A stretch of DNA of 63,539 nucleotides, counting the filler, from Aduncisulcus paluster (taxonomy: Eukaryota): assembly GCA_024181965.1 (NCBI GenBank). It is 8 parts of 8 records of this genome, joined end to end, with 100 filler letters (N's around TTAATTAATTAA, not from the genome) between each part and the next. Parts side by side here need not be neighbours in the genome. Positions count along the whole stretch, not along the records: positions 7,271 to 29,203 come from BQXS01012314.1; 7 more parts are not named here. One strand, given 5' to 3'. The first letter of the stretch is position 1, and each line of letters starts with the position of its first letter. The notes under the pieces are model-generated. The model was given only the letters and a program-made list of their open reading frames with translations, had not been told where the DNA came from and made no database searches. Position numbers and translations under genes: made by a program. This document shows, in pieces, positions 11,578 to 22,527 of the stretch.

Positions 11578-11898
11578 TTACCATTCACTTCGACACAATG
11601 GACATTTAGCTTTACCCTGTGCCATCCATTCCGCTAAGCAGTGAGTGTGAAATTCATGCCCACATGGACATTTAGTAACTGTACAATCTAAACAAGGTGC
11701 TGAGCACTTTGGACAACCATCATCAAACTCACCAAAACAAATACCACACGTTTCATTTGTTCCAGTGTCCCAACTCCAATAATATTGTGGCTCAAAACTA
11801 AAATGTGAAAGTGAGATAACGGAGGCATATCAAAATTAACACAACGAATAAAATAAAATATCGTACCTAGTTACTGTATAATATGGTTTTTCTGCCAT
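11578..11898 (-). CDS. APC11: Anaphase-promoting complex subunit 11 (RING-H2), 83 aa, two exons (11867..11898, 11578..11797); absent from the ORF track
   Basis: Spliced translation MAEKPYYTVTSFEPQYYWSWDTGTNETCGICFGEFDDGCPKCSAPCLDCTVTKCPCGHEFHTHCLAEWMAQGKAKCPLCRSEW. The CGIC..FD..CP.C..P..DC pattern and terminal CPLCR fit APC11 rather than RBX1 (CAICRN...CPLD). Confidence 0.88.
11798..11866 (-). other. Spliceosomal intron (69 nt) in APC11
   Basis: GTACGA donor and TTTTAG acceptor. The intron contains an in-frame TGA, and removing it gives an ATG-initiated full-length APC11 (phase 2). Confidence 0.85.
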
Positions 11899-11978
11899 AT
11901 ATATGGTATAAGTTCTTTATATTGCAAGAAAAATACAACTAAATGTTTTTGTAACGATCTGCAAACGATCTGCCAAAT

Positions 11979-13208
11979 ATGATACTTAGCCCAACAAATA
12001 TTCTGGATTTAGACACAAAATTGTTGGAAAATGCGCTGAAAAAGAAATTTAAAGCTTCAGAACCTCCCAAAAGTGCAAAAGTTACTCCAAGCACACCCAA
12101 AAGACGATTAAAAGAGAGTTCAATTGCCATAGAAAAAGATATTAAAGTGAAAGAAAAGGCTAAAATGGTTGCTAGAGCCGGAACTGTAAGAAAAGAAACC
12201 ACCTCTGGCTCCGCCATTGATGCTCTTTGTGGATTGATAGGATCAAAGTCTAATTCAATTTCTGTTACTACCTCATGTAGTTCATCATCTCCATTTTTCC
12301 CTTCTTCAAAGCGTCATCCTCAACAATCGAATATCCCTCGTACCCTCATTGGCACTCATAATGAAGCTCTTCAACCGGCTTTAATGCATATCACATCATC
12401 TTTATCATCTTCTCAGCCATATTCCACACTTCATTCAGCCTCCCTTCATCCATCTCCCGTTTGTGATAGCGTGGCTGCTTGTGATAGTTGTGTATGCACT
12501 TCAGCGCCATCTTCAATTTCATTGACCCATCTTATCCAAACTATGGAGAAAGAAAGTGGAAGAGATGCTCCCTCTTCTCTTCGTCGACAGGCTAGCGGCA
12601 GATCAAGTGTGGCCGGTTCAAGAAAGGATATTCTCCGTGACGATTCTATGATGTCGGGACACAGAAGTGGTCTTTTGGCTTCTCCATCATCTAGATCAGT
12701 GTTAAGACCAGTCTCACGAACATTCCCTTCATCCACTCCTCTATCTCGCGAGAGAGGAAGACTCGATTCCTCTGAGTCTCGGGAACTCACTCAGTGGATC
12801 ATGACTCGAGGAGTTGATATCGTGAAGATTCTCCGTGAAGAACGAGGCCTTCAAGGGAAGGGAAAGAACTCGTCTCCTGAAGCTCTCCGATTGTCTCTTT
12901 TTGATTCTCCTACATGTGAGTCTTTCTCTTCAGGTCTGCTTCTTATCGCCCTTGTATCAAAATTAGAGAGGAAAACGTTGACTGGATTTCATAAGCATCC
13001 CCATACTCGTGCTCAATGTCTCCACAATATCAATATTGCTCTTGCTGTTTTGAGAGATAAAAGGAATATGCCAGTCGATCTGTTGTGGTGTGACGACGAA
13101 ATTTATGCAGGACACCGTGATATTATTGTAAATCTGTTGGCTCAAATGAGAAAGGCCTACAAAATTGTTAGATCTGATGAAGATTACGTTCCTAGAGTTC
13201 ATTTATGA
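11979..13208 (+). CDS. Ser-rich protein with C-terminal calponin-homology (CH) domain
   Basis: ELTQWI...FSSGLLLIALVSKLE...CLHNINIALAVLR...DEIYAGHRDIIVNLLAQM matches the CH-domain helix pattern. Confidence 0.7.
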   Translation: MILSPTNILDLDTKLLENALKKKFKASEPPKSAKVTPSTPKRRLKESSIAIEKDIKVKEKAKMVARAGTVRKETTSGSAIDALCGLIGSKSNSISVTTSCSSSSPFFPSSKRHPQQSNIPRTLIGTHNEALQPALMHITSSLSSSQPYSTLHSASLHPSPVCDSVAACDSCVCTSAPSSISLTHLIQTMEKESGRDAPSSLRRQASGRSSVAGSRKDILRDDSMMSGHRSGLLASPSSRSVLRPVSRTFPSSTPLSRERGRLDSSESRELTQWIMTRGVDIVKILREERGLQGKGKNSSPEALRLSLFDSPTCESFSSGLLLIALVSKLERKTLTGFHKHPHTRAQCLHNINIALAVLRDKRNMPVDLLWCDDEIYAGHRDIIVNLLAQMRKAYKIVRSDEDYVPRVHL

Positions 13209-13484
13209 ATTCAAACATGTTCACTTGCAACAGTTTAAAAATTATCTTTTATACACATATACATGTACACTATCATTGCCATAATCCTATCAATTTATCT
13301 TTTTTTTTGTTGTTCGATCATCGAATTGATGATCAAATAAATTTGGAATTTGACATGGGAAATATGAGGTTAAGATTGATTAATCTGAAATAAATGAGAA
13401 TTTTAAAAGGTAAAATCGATTTGCAATCAAATAAAAACAAATAGCCGGCAAAGACTGAAAAATGTCATTTCAAAATTAAAAAAA

Positions 13485-13558
13485 TAGCGCCGGAAGGCTT
13501 CGATCCTTCAACCTTTGGGTTATGAGCCCAACACGCTGTCCAATTGCGCCACGGCGCT
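13485..13558 (-). tRNA. tRNA-iMet: Initiator tRNA-Met (CAT)
   Basis: Cloverleaf AGCGCCG/CGGCGCT acceptor stem with A1-U72, anticodon arm TTGGG-CTCATAA-CCCAA with three G-C pairs, T arm GAAGG-ATCGAAG-CCTTC with eukaryotic A54, followed by a T-run Pol III terminator. Confidence 0.95.
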
Positions 13559-13906
13559 GGCAATAAATAAAATTTTATATTTTTATCTTAACGATACAAA
13601 TCAAAAATCAGGTCTAATTAGGAAATAAAAAACCAATTCACATTATAATCAACGTTTTTTTGTTCATTTCATTAATTTATTATATTAAATATCATAGATT
13701 ATACTTTTTTCTGCTCGTTGCTAGCGAGAACCTTGGTTTCCGAGAGGTAAAACTGAACACCCCTGGACATGATCGACACGGATAATCAAGATACTTGAAA
13801 AAAATATGGAATATGATGAAATCAGAAAATTACTCATTGTCGTGGAATGGGATAGTTACGAGATGTTGCCTGATAACCATATTTAACAAGTCATCAAAAA
13901 TACATC

Positions 13907-15175
13907 TTACAGCCCCGATTGTGAGTATGAGTAAGGTTGTATCTCTCTTGGCATGAAAGATCCAGGTGCAAGAGTAGACTGCATCGAACGATCACTGGGT
14001 ACTCGCATACTGGATGTATCAACACGCATCTGTCTTACATGTCTCAATAAAGCTTCTTGTAACCGTTTGTGAGTGCTTCCGGCGGCAGTTAGAGATGTTT
14101 TTGTATGTTTGAGTTGATGTGAGAGAGTAGCAATTGTAGTTTTCTGTTGAGATACTTCTTCTTCCAATTGAGACATCCGAAGATCTTTATCTTTTTGATC
14201 AGCAGCCAATTTCTCTTTGCGCGCCTTCACCATGTCTACTTCTTGCTTGTAAGTTTTACATATTACCCGTTCTTCCTTTAGTTCTTTAATGGCGGCCTCG
14301 AGATCACCCTGAAAGACTTTTTTTGACGATTCGACCTTTTCTTTCTCAGTTCGAAGTTGTTTGATAGTGGTTTCTAATCTAGATATCTCATCAAGATACG
14401 ATTTTTGCTCACGAGCGTATTTCTCAATTGATTGGAGTTGTTTCTCATTTTGTTTCTCCAATTCTATACATCTAACAATAACATCATCTCGCTCTTTCTC
14501 AAGTTCAACTGATTTATCTTCAACGTCGTGTAATGAAGAGACAGATCTTTCAGACTCACTCAATTTCCTCTGTAGTTCTTCGTTCGATTCTCGAAGGTCG
14601 TCATTTGCTTTCTCCATTTCTGTAAGAACTTCATGAAGTTTATCACATTCATCGGAGACTTCTGACATTCGAAGTCGGTAATCCTCGACGAGTGCGGTTG
14701 TTTCATCATATTCCATGGACAAACTCATGAAATCTGCATTCTTATTACTAAGTTCTTCTTCAATCTCCCCGAGTTCTCCATTGGTCTCTTTTAGTTGTTG
14801 ACGAAGACGGGTATTTTGGGATTCTTTCTCTTCAATTTGTTGTTTCAAAAGTTTACACATTAATTTAGAATCAGCTAGTTGAAATAATAGAGAATCACGT
14901 ATTGTTTTATGGGAATACTTTCGTGAAACAGGAATAGACAAATCTTTTTCATGTATCGTAAGTGCCTCGCCCAGAGCATCAATTTCTTTAAGTAATGAAT
15001 CCAGTTTCCGTTGATTTTCACGAATAGTATAATCTTTTGCCTCAATATCACGCTTGGCCCTGCTAAACTTCGCTTTTAACTCTGTCAAACCTTGATCCCG
15101 GGCATTCATCCGTAATTGTTTCTCTAATTTCCGGATTGTCATTTTAAGCCTTGGAACTTCTTCGAGTAATGACAT
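13907..15175 (-). CDS. Long coiled-coil protein, function unknown
   Basis: ~420-aa ORF with continuous E/K/L-rich heptads; first ATG at 15175. Confidence 0.75.
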   Translation of the reverse strand: MSLLEEVPRLKMTIRKLEKQLRMNARDQGLTELKAKFSRAKRDIEAKDYTIRENQRKLDSLLKEIDALGEALTIHEKDLSIPVSRKYSHKTIRDSLLFQLADSKLMCKLLKQQIEEKESQNTRLRQQLKETNGELGEIEEELSNKNADFMSLSMEYDETTALVEDYRLRMSEVSDECDKLHEVLTEMEKANDDLRESNEELQRKLSESERSVSSLHDVEDKSVELEKERDDVIVRCIELEKQNEKQLQSIEKYAREQKSYLDEISRLETTIKQLRTEKEKVESSKKVFQGDLEAAIKELKEERVICKTYKQEVDMVKARKEKLAADQKDKDLRMSQLEEEVSQQKTTIATLSHQLKHTKTSLTAAGSTHKRLQEALLRHVRQMRVDTSSMRVPSDRSMQSTLAPGSFMPREIQPYSYSQSGL

Positions 15176-15442
15176 TTTTTTCTTGAATGTTACCAAGAAA
15201 ATCGCCCGAATTTTTATCGATGAAATTTACATTTTACCCACAATTTTGGATCAGAAATAACCGAAATATAATAGAATAAATTTGAAAAGCTATAATTTTT
15301 ATTGATGAGTTATCAGAACAAGACGATTGATCGGGCTTATGACAATTCCCTCGAAATTTAGCAAAAATTACGTGGCTGATGGTGAATTTTGGTATCATTC
15401 GGTTAAAAGAAATATCGAAGGAGATAAGAGAATTAATAATCT

Positions 15443-15826
15443 TTAAAAGTCGAAGGAAACTGGTTTATGAATGAATCCTTTCTCCTCTAATTCACCTTCC
15501 AACATCTTGACGGCAGTGGCAATGCAAGTTTCGCATGGTATTTTAGCCTTTCCTTTGATCAACTTGCATTGAGGATATTTGCAGACTTCAACGAAGTCCT
15601 TAGTGAATTTTTGACGAGTTTGGCAGTCTCTAACGTGAGTTAAAGCACCATAGAGGGCACCACATCTTCCAAGAGAAGCTCTTCCACCACCGTAGGCCTT
15701 GTATTCTTCCATGGTTTCAGGAGTAATGCCTGACACATCACTGAAGGCGTGACACACGGCTTGGGCACAATTATATTTGTAGGGGGCTTTATGGAAAGTA
15801 CTTAAGGCTTTTTCGACACGGTCCAT
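15443..15826 (-). CDS. C_GCAxxG_C_C family putative redox-active protein (prokaryote-type)
   Basis: YNCAQAV...YGGGRASLGRCGALYGA...CKLIK...CETCIATA matches the family's NCA..GGG..CGA..GA..C..C pattern. Likely start MDRVEKA at 15826. Confidence 0.8.
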   Translation of the reverse strand: MDRVEKALSTFHKAPYKYNCAQAVCHAFSDVSGITPETMEEYKAYGGGRASLGRCGALYGALTHVRDCQTRQKFTKDFVEVCKYPQCKLIKGKAKIPCETCIATAVKMLEGELEEKGFIHKPVSFDF

Positions 15827-16105
15827 GCTATCTATTATCTCAATGGTGAGCAAAAACAAATGAACTTGATCAATTTTTTTCACCTGGTTTTGAACGGCTC
15901 CGGGAAAATATTATTTCACACAAATTCACTAAAATTCATTAAATGGGATGAGAATAAACTCAATATTAAATTTTATCTTATTTCATTTTATTCGCTCTTT
16001 CGTGGACACAAAAATGCATGCTCAGCCGCCAGAGTTCTTCAGGTTGAAGTGAGCAAAACAAGTGAATGACCTCACAAATAAACAGATATTCAGCTTCTCT
16101 AGGAA

Positions 16106-16723
16106 TTAAATCTTCATGTAAGATTCAAAATCAATATCATCCACAACAATATCGGCATCGCAATCATAATTTCCCATCGAAGATGACGCTTCTTTACCTT
16201 TATGTTGAGCATCATGCTGCTTCTTACGTTGTTCAAATCTCTGTTTTCTCTTCTCCTCTTCCATTTTTTGCTTTCTAAAGATGGCTTCTTGTTTTTTCTT
16301 TTCTCTTTCAGCGGCTTCTATTTCTTTCTTTTTGTGGAGGAAATCTACATAATTTATCTCTTTAAACTTTAAAAATCTTATAGAATCCCCATGAAAAAGG
16401 AGAATTCCCCCATCATGACGAATCGAAACATTGTCACTTGAAATATGAATTGGATGTGATGATTCTCTTTTTGAAGAAGATATTCCCTTATCAGAAAGTT
16501 TTTTACCTTTAGATTTTGAGGCCTCAAATATCAAAGAAGAAAAGGCCAATTTTACAAAATGTTCATGGAGTTTTGAAGAACCAACTTTATGAATAATTCC
16601 ACCATTATTCTTTGATTGTAGCTTCTTTTGACGAGATTTTATGGCGAGTTGCGCATTTTGATGGAGTGAATCAGCATCAACAATACAACTTGCCAATCTG
16701 GGATCAATATCGAAGGTAGACAT
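16106..16723 (-). CDS. Hypothetical basic/charged protein, 205 aa
   Basis: ATG-initiated ORF with coding composition between AT-rich spacers; no motif recognised. Confidence 0.6.
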   Translation of the reverse strand: MSTFDIDPRLASCIVDADSLHQNAQLAIKSRQKKLQSKNNGGIIHKVGSSKLHEHFVKLAFSSLIFEASKSKGKKLSDKGISSSKRESSHPIHISSDNVSIRHDGGILLFHGDSIRFLKFKEINYVDFLHKKKEIEAAEREKKKQEAIFRKQKMEEEKRKQRFEQRKKQHDAQHKGKEASSSMGNYDCDADIVVDDIDFESYMKI

Positions 16724-17006
16724 TTATAAATGGGTAAATATTAATATAAATTTACAATATTATAATAATTGCAAAACAAACGAAATAAAAAAGAACTATC
16801 TGGAGAACGAAAGGGACAAAAAGTTCTTTAGAGGTTGAGTAAAGCCAAAAAATATGTTAAATATACGGCCCAATCATTTCAAATTGAATATTGGAGAAAA
16901 TGAATTTATTAAATTTTTGATTTGGGTGGAAATTCCCGAGTTATGATGGGAATTAGATCTTTACAGTGGAAATACCAAATTAATTTTTGACGGTATAAAA
17001 ACCAGA

Positions 17007-19458
17007 TTACAACATAGAGTTCTTAAAATCATCAACAGGCTCATTGCTTGATGAAGAAGGACTGCCGATCTGTTTACCAACACTGTCTTCCAAGACGTCA
17101 TAGATCATACGGCTAAGATCATCAGTGTCGTCAAGAAGGAAACCGCCCTGGATCAAGGCAGAGTTCGTAAGAAGTTTGGCAGCAGAGACAAGGGGTCTGT
17201 CACGCATGGCAGCTTCCTTGTTGTAAGGATCGGATGTGGGAACAACCTCCTCTTCTCCAGTCTCCTCATCAATTGTGATGGTGGGAGGAAGGGCAGGGTA
17301 AGATTTAAGAAGCTTTTGCTCAATTCCGTTAACGATAGGATGTTCACGGTTCAACTCAAGAGTCTTCTGACTACGGTAGAAACGCATCATGTTGGCGTCA
17401 CCAAGGGCTTGAGCCTTCATAACACGCTCAGAAACGGCTGAAGGACCGCCCTCACCGGTAGAAACGAGAGCAGGGGCATCACCTGCACGGCGGGAGAGAG
17501 TGACCTTTGAGATCTGCTGTCCGAGAACATCACGGAAGAAAGCAAGAAGAGGAGCATGTTCGGCCTCAAGAGCACGAAGCTCCTTAGCTCTTCTTTCGTT
17601 ACGAACCTTCTCAGCCTCTTCACGGAACATCTCATCTTCATCTTCAGGGGTCCAGTCATTCTCGTCGGGGATGACAAAGTCCTCCTTGGTGATGCTCTGG
17701 AAGACATAATCCTTGTAGTGGACATCCAAGTGGGGGGTCAAGAAAATCTCATCAATGGCAGGGTCATCGAAGTAGAGAACCTCATAACCAGCATCTCTGA
17801 CACTGGCAAGGAAAGGAGAACGTTCAATTTCGTCAACAGAGAAACCACTAATGACAAAGATCTTGTTACCTTGTTCAACCTTCTTGCGGGCAACATATTC
17901 AGCAAGGGAAACGTACTCTCCGTCAACAGAAGACTTGAAGAGAAGCAAGTCAAGAATCTTGTTCTTGATCTTTTCATCCTCCTGGAGACCAAACTTCAAC
18001 ATCTTACCGAATTGACCAAAGAACTTCGTGTAGGGAGTGTCATTCTCAACACATTCGTCAAGAGCCTCAACATCTTCAGCATCATCGAGACACTGTTGGT
18101 ACTCTTTCTTAAGGTTATCCTCCTTCTTCTTGAGGTCTCCAATCATCTTGATGGCCTTCTTGGTGAGCTTTTGCTTCATGTCTTGCATCAACCTAGTGCT
18201 TTGCAACACCTCACGGCTGACATTGATATCGATGGAATCAGTGTCAACAATACCACGAACAAAGGATAACCAAGCAGGGAGGAGCTCTCCAGCATCTTCC
18301 TTGACAAAGACACGACGAGTGTAGACACGGAGGTTGTGTGGGGGCTCGACACCAAGTTTCTGGTAATAGTCGTAAGGGGCACGGGAAGGAAGGAATAACA
18401 CGGATCTGAACTCATCACTACGACCAGCAGCACGGAAATGAGAATGGGCAGCAGGCTTCTCGTTCTTACCGACACCCTTGAACACAGTCTGGAAGAAACG
18501 TTCATACTCCTCTTCAGAAACATCAGAGGGATCACGCATCCAGAGAGGGGGCTCACCATTGACACGAACCCATTCAATCACCTCCTTCTCAACCTTCTTG
18601 GTCTTGGGTTCATCGTCCTCATCCATTTCAAGGTCGAAATAACCCATCATCATCATCGAAATCGAGATCGAAATCGTCTTCAACAGGAACCTCAACCGTC
18701 TTGAGACCGACCTCTCTAACGTAAATGGGGAACATGAAGAATTCAGCGAATCTAGCAGCAAGGTCCTTGATGTGCTTAAGCTCCATGTATTCCTCGAGGT
18801 CATCTTTCATGTGAAGAATAATTCTGGAACCACGACCAAGGGCAGGAATGAGAACACCTCCATCAACGCCCATGACAGCAGGGGCTCTCTTGCCAATCTT
18901 TTCAATAGTGAAGTTTCCATGACCAGAGCTTGTCCATCTATAACAGTCAGTGAGCTCAGTCACAGGAGCACGGCAAGACTCGACAACAACCTCGTCAGCA
19001 ACCAAGAAGGCAGAGAAGAAACCAAGACCAAATTGACCGATGAGATCAGTATTAGCAGTCTCAGAACCTTCTTCAGACATCTTAGCAGCAAAAGCTTTGG
19101 TTCCACTCTCGGCAATAGTACCAAGGTATTGAACAAGTTCTTCCTTGTCCATTCCAACACCAGTGTCTTGGATGGTAATTGTTTTTTGATCCTCATCTAG
19201 CCATACTTTGGCTTCGAAAGGAGCACCATCGGCAATCATATCGGGGTTGGTAAGAGAGAGGAAACGGAGTTTATCGAGAGCATCACTTGAATTGGAAAGG
19301 AGCTCACGAAGGAAAATATCTGAATTAGAGTATAATGAATTGACAACAATGTCCATAAGACGATTTGTCTCGGCTTTGAATTCATGGGTCTCGGTGTTAG
19401 CACATAAACCAAGAGAAACAAATGCAATAAAGCATAGGAATACAATTTTATGCAGCAT
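17007..19458 (-). CDS. HSP90B1: ER-type Hsp90 (endoplasmin/GRP94); one-base frameshift near 18643-18645
   Basis: Signal peptide MLHKIVFLCFIAFVSLGLCA, then EFKAETNRLMDIVVNSLYSNSDIFLRELLSNSSDALDKLRF, IGQFGLGFFSAFLVA, FVRGIVDTDSIDINVSREVLQ and KTLELNREHPIV. The two ORFs fuse (DDDDGYFDLEMDEDDE) if one G is removed from GGG. Codon usage is GC3-rich, typical of a highly expressed gene. Confidence 0.93.
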
Positions 19459-20197
19459 TTTTTTTACGTCTTGTGACAAGAAAGTCAAAAAACTGCACTC
19501 GACCTCAGAATCAATTCTCACAATTGATTTGGACTCGTGCCTCTTGTCAGATGTTCCTCGACCAATAACAGCAATATGTCCAGGATATATTGGAATCTAA
19601 ATTTGTTTTTTATTGACGAAAAAGTGCTAAAATCTCGGAAATAATTGCTCTATTTGCGAGAAATGAATGTTGGGCATTTTGTCTCATTTTTAAGGAATTA
19701 TCGATATTAAGGTATTAAATTTGTTTACTAACATTGTTTTATAATAGAATATTATTAATTATTATGTGAACCTTAATAGATGGTCGAACTTTTTTCAAAA
19801 CTCTCCAAGAGAGGATAAATAAAGGAAGTCCATTGATATTAAAGTTTATTTTATCATTATGATTTATTTGATAAGCTAGAATTGTATTATTATAAACAAT
19901 TAATGAAATGGAAGATGATTTCTTTCAAGGCTATTCATGAATGAATAAACGAAGTTAATATGAATAAAAAAATCCAAAAAGAACTTTAGATTTTGGGAAC
20001 AATATTCAGGCTTCTATATTTTCCAAATCTCATCCTCAATACCGACGATCATACGATCCGGGGTTGTTTCTTTGCTATTTTAGAGCCAGCTTTCACTTTT
20101 TATTTTTGAATAGCTTTTATCTCTTTTTTGTGGATTGCAACATCCCAAATATTGAATTTATCTCTCTTTTCCCTCATAATATTTTAAAAAATCTAAT

Positions 20198-21265
20198 ATG
20201 GTCCCCCCAGAACAAGGACAATGGAAAAGACTTTTATCTGTAACTCCCTGGAGTTTTATGAATTTTGTTGAAAAATCTTTTAGTACAATTGCTGACGTCG
20301 CCACATCAATCACTCCTGGTGATCTTGCCCCTGTCTTTGATCCAAAAAAGTCACTGAAGAGACCAGCTTCCGTGTTAATTCTCATGTATCTCAAAGAAAA
20401 TCCAATATCTGCACAGATCGAGCCTCATATAGCCTTCCAGAAGCGGAGTGGTCAAATTAGTTATCCACATCAAATGAGTCTCCCTGGAGGTTCTTTTGAT
20501 GAAGAAGATGTGACTCTTTGTGAAACAGCCCTTCGTGAGACCTTTGAAGAGGTCGGAGTGAAGGCCAAAGACATCAAGATTGTTGGTGCTGGATTGCCAG
20601 TTGATTCAAGTCGGCATATTGTTACTCCCTACATTGGTATTCTCAACCGTAAGGCCGTGGCTAACTTCAGATGCAATGCTGATGAAGTTGATAAACTTAT
20701 TGAACTTCCTATATCTGAGTTAGTCTCACAGGCCAAGACTGTGGATGAAGTTCTTGCTCATCCACAGATTGAAAAAGTATCCCGCGATGTGCTCACACGT
20801 CGCCCATATGTGTTTGAAGGGCAAGGGGAGCTTATTTGGGGCCTCAGCGCCCAAATCATCTCTCAGACCTTGTCTCACCTTTCCGCCTCTGCTGCGGCTC
20901 TTGACATCAGTTCGAACGTGACTGCGAGTGTATGTGCCATTCCTCGTGGTCCTTCTCCGATTTCTTTTCTGGACATGTGTTTAGCTCGTGATTTGTTCAA
21001 GAGTCCACGTTCTTCGGCAACTTCCGTATCGTCTCTCGCTGATGCAGCCATATCCTCCGCCACTTCTTCTTTTGAGTCTTCAAAGCCTTCTATGGTTTCA
21101 CAGGTTTCAAGGTCTTCCACGATCACCGTTTCTAGGCGTGGAGACGTGGACAGGAAGGAAATGAAGGATTATAAGCTTTGCACCGTTTCCAGTTCTCGGG
21201 AGAATATTCTGCATGCTCTTGAAGCTGCTGACATGCTCGAAGGTGAGCTTCTTCATATTGTATGA
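20198..21265 (+). CDS. Nudix hydrolase, CoA pyrophosphatase type (NUDT7/NUDT8/PCD1-like), with Ser-rich C-terminal extension
   Basis: ASVLIL...QKRSGQISYPHQMSLPGG (NuCoA-like motif), Nudix box GGSFDEEDVTLCETALRETFEEVGV, VTPYIG, NADEV and IWGLSA. Confidence 0.88.
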   Translation: MVPPEQGQWKRLLSVTPWSFMNFVEKSFSTIADVATSITPGDLAPVFDPKKSLKRPASVLILMYLKENPISAQIEPHIAFQKRSGQISYPHQMSLPGGSFDEEDVTLCETALRETFEEVGVKAKDIKIVGAGLPVDSSRHIVTPYIGILNRKAVANFRCNADEVDKLIELPISELVSQAKTVDEVLAHPQIEKVSRDVLTRRPYVFEGQGELIWGLSAQIISQTLSHLSASAAALDISSNVTASVCAIPRGPSPISFLDMCLARDLFKSPRSSATSVSSLADAAISSATSSFESSKPSMVSQVSRSSTITVSRRGDVDRKEMKDYKLCTVSSSRENILHALEAADMLEGELLHIV

Positions 21266-22527
21266 ATGAGTAATCATGAAAACGAACCAAAAACAAACAA
21301 AAAAAAAAAAAATTCAGTATATTCGATCAACGCATAATCTCTCAACATTATATTAATTATTTTTTGGTTAATATAATTAATATAATTATATTTTCATCTT
21401 TTCGCCCTGTTTATGATAAAAATAATATTGTTGGTTGGTCATTTGTGTAATCTCTCGTTCCGTGTATCTCTCATTCTTCAATATAGTCCGTTCCAATTGC
21501 TATATATCCCCTTCGTACCCTTATATTTTAATGTACAATTCTATCTTTAATATATTTCTTTTATGACACGATGATTTTATTATCATACATTTATTTTGCT
21601 ATTACTTCAGTGTCACTGTTTGTCTTGATTAAAGGCCCTCCCCCCCTCCATCTTCCATCTTCTATTATATATCATCTGTATACTGTTCTATCCTGTATTA
21701 CTGTGGTCAGCATTTATGGCGGGGGTTTGATATTTTTTTATTTCTTTATTCCTATTTATTTTTTTTTATTATTATTATTATTATTATTTATTTTATCCCA
21801 TTTATCTGGTTTGTGGGATAGAATCTTCCGTTAAATATAACGGATATTCTTCACAAACCCATTTTTTTATATTTATTATTATTGCATTTTTTTTATTTAT
21901 TGTTTGATTAAACGTTGGCCAGTAATGATTCTCAATATGTTATTGGTTTGATGATGTATTTTATTTCCAAGGCAACCTCACTTCAGTTTAATGCCTTTTG
22001 GATCACCTTTTATTCCCCTATTTTATTTTTTTATTGAATCTTTTAATGCAATCTTTTTAAAGTAATCATGTCTCCCTCAAAACAAACAAGTTTATATTAT
22101 TCCGATCAGCCCATAATTTGACAGACTCTCTTATGTCTTTTAATTTCTTGTCTCTCTTCTCCTTTTTATTTTTATTATTTTTGTGATGTGTTCCCTTTGC
22201 AGTTGCACTGTTTTCTTTTTGCAGGCACTGTAAATTGTTTCAGTTAATGTCTTTCTTACCCGATCTTGGTAGGATCTCTCTCTGACAAGAGTCGTCATAT
22301 TATTTGGATTTCTATTAATAAATATACTTGTTGTCAAGCTTTTGAAACTGGTATTAATCAATATTTTATGTCTATGTGCTATTTCTACTCCTGAATGAGT
22401 TCTCCTATTCAAAAATTGATGATGTTCGAGCTATCTCAAATGATCAAATTGGAATTTGGTTGCGGTGAGCCGATTTATTGCCATCTCCATCATCATTTGA
22501 GTACAATAGATAACTTTTGAAATTCAT

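Noticed and set aside
17556..18269. 237-aa antisense ORF over GRP94 (and other antisense ORFs in the track)
   Set aside because: Expected shadow of strong codon bias in a highly expressed gene; no independent motifs.
18628..18660. Programmed +1 frameshift (CCT TGA) or Giardia-style split/trans-spliced Hsp90
   Set aside because: Removing one G from GGG gives a natural acidic linker (FDLDFDDDDGYFDLEMDEDDE), and the halves are contiguous with no splice signals. Similar one-base homopolymer indels occur in TBCD (~6675), the kinase (~48789) and near 58807, so sequencing error is the simpler explanation. Read pileups would settle it.
19712..19747. 36-nt intron-like string GTATT..TACTAAC..TAG on the plus strand
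   Set aside because: Splicing does not create a sustained reading frame on either side; it could be chance or a UTR intron.
21400..22420. Multi-pass membrane protein gene in a T-rich stretch
   Set aside because: Only short hydrophobic ORFs in shifting frames. T-richness alone gives such peptides, and no family could be assigned.
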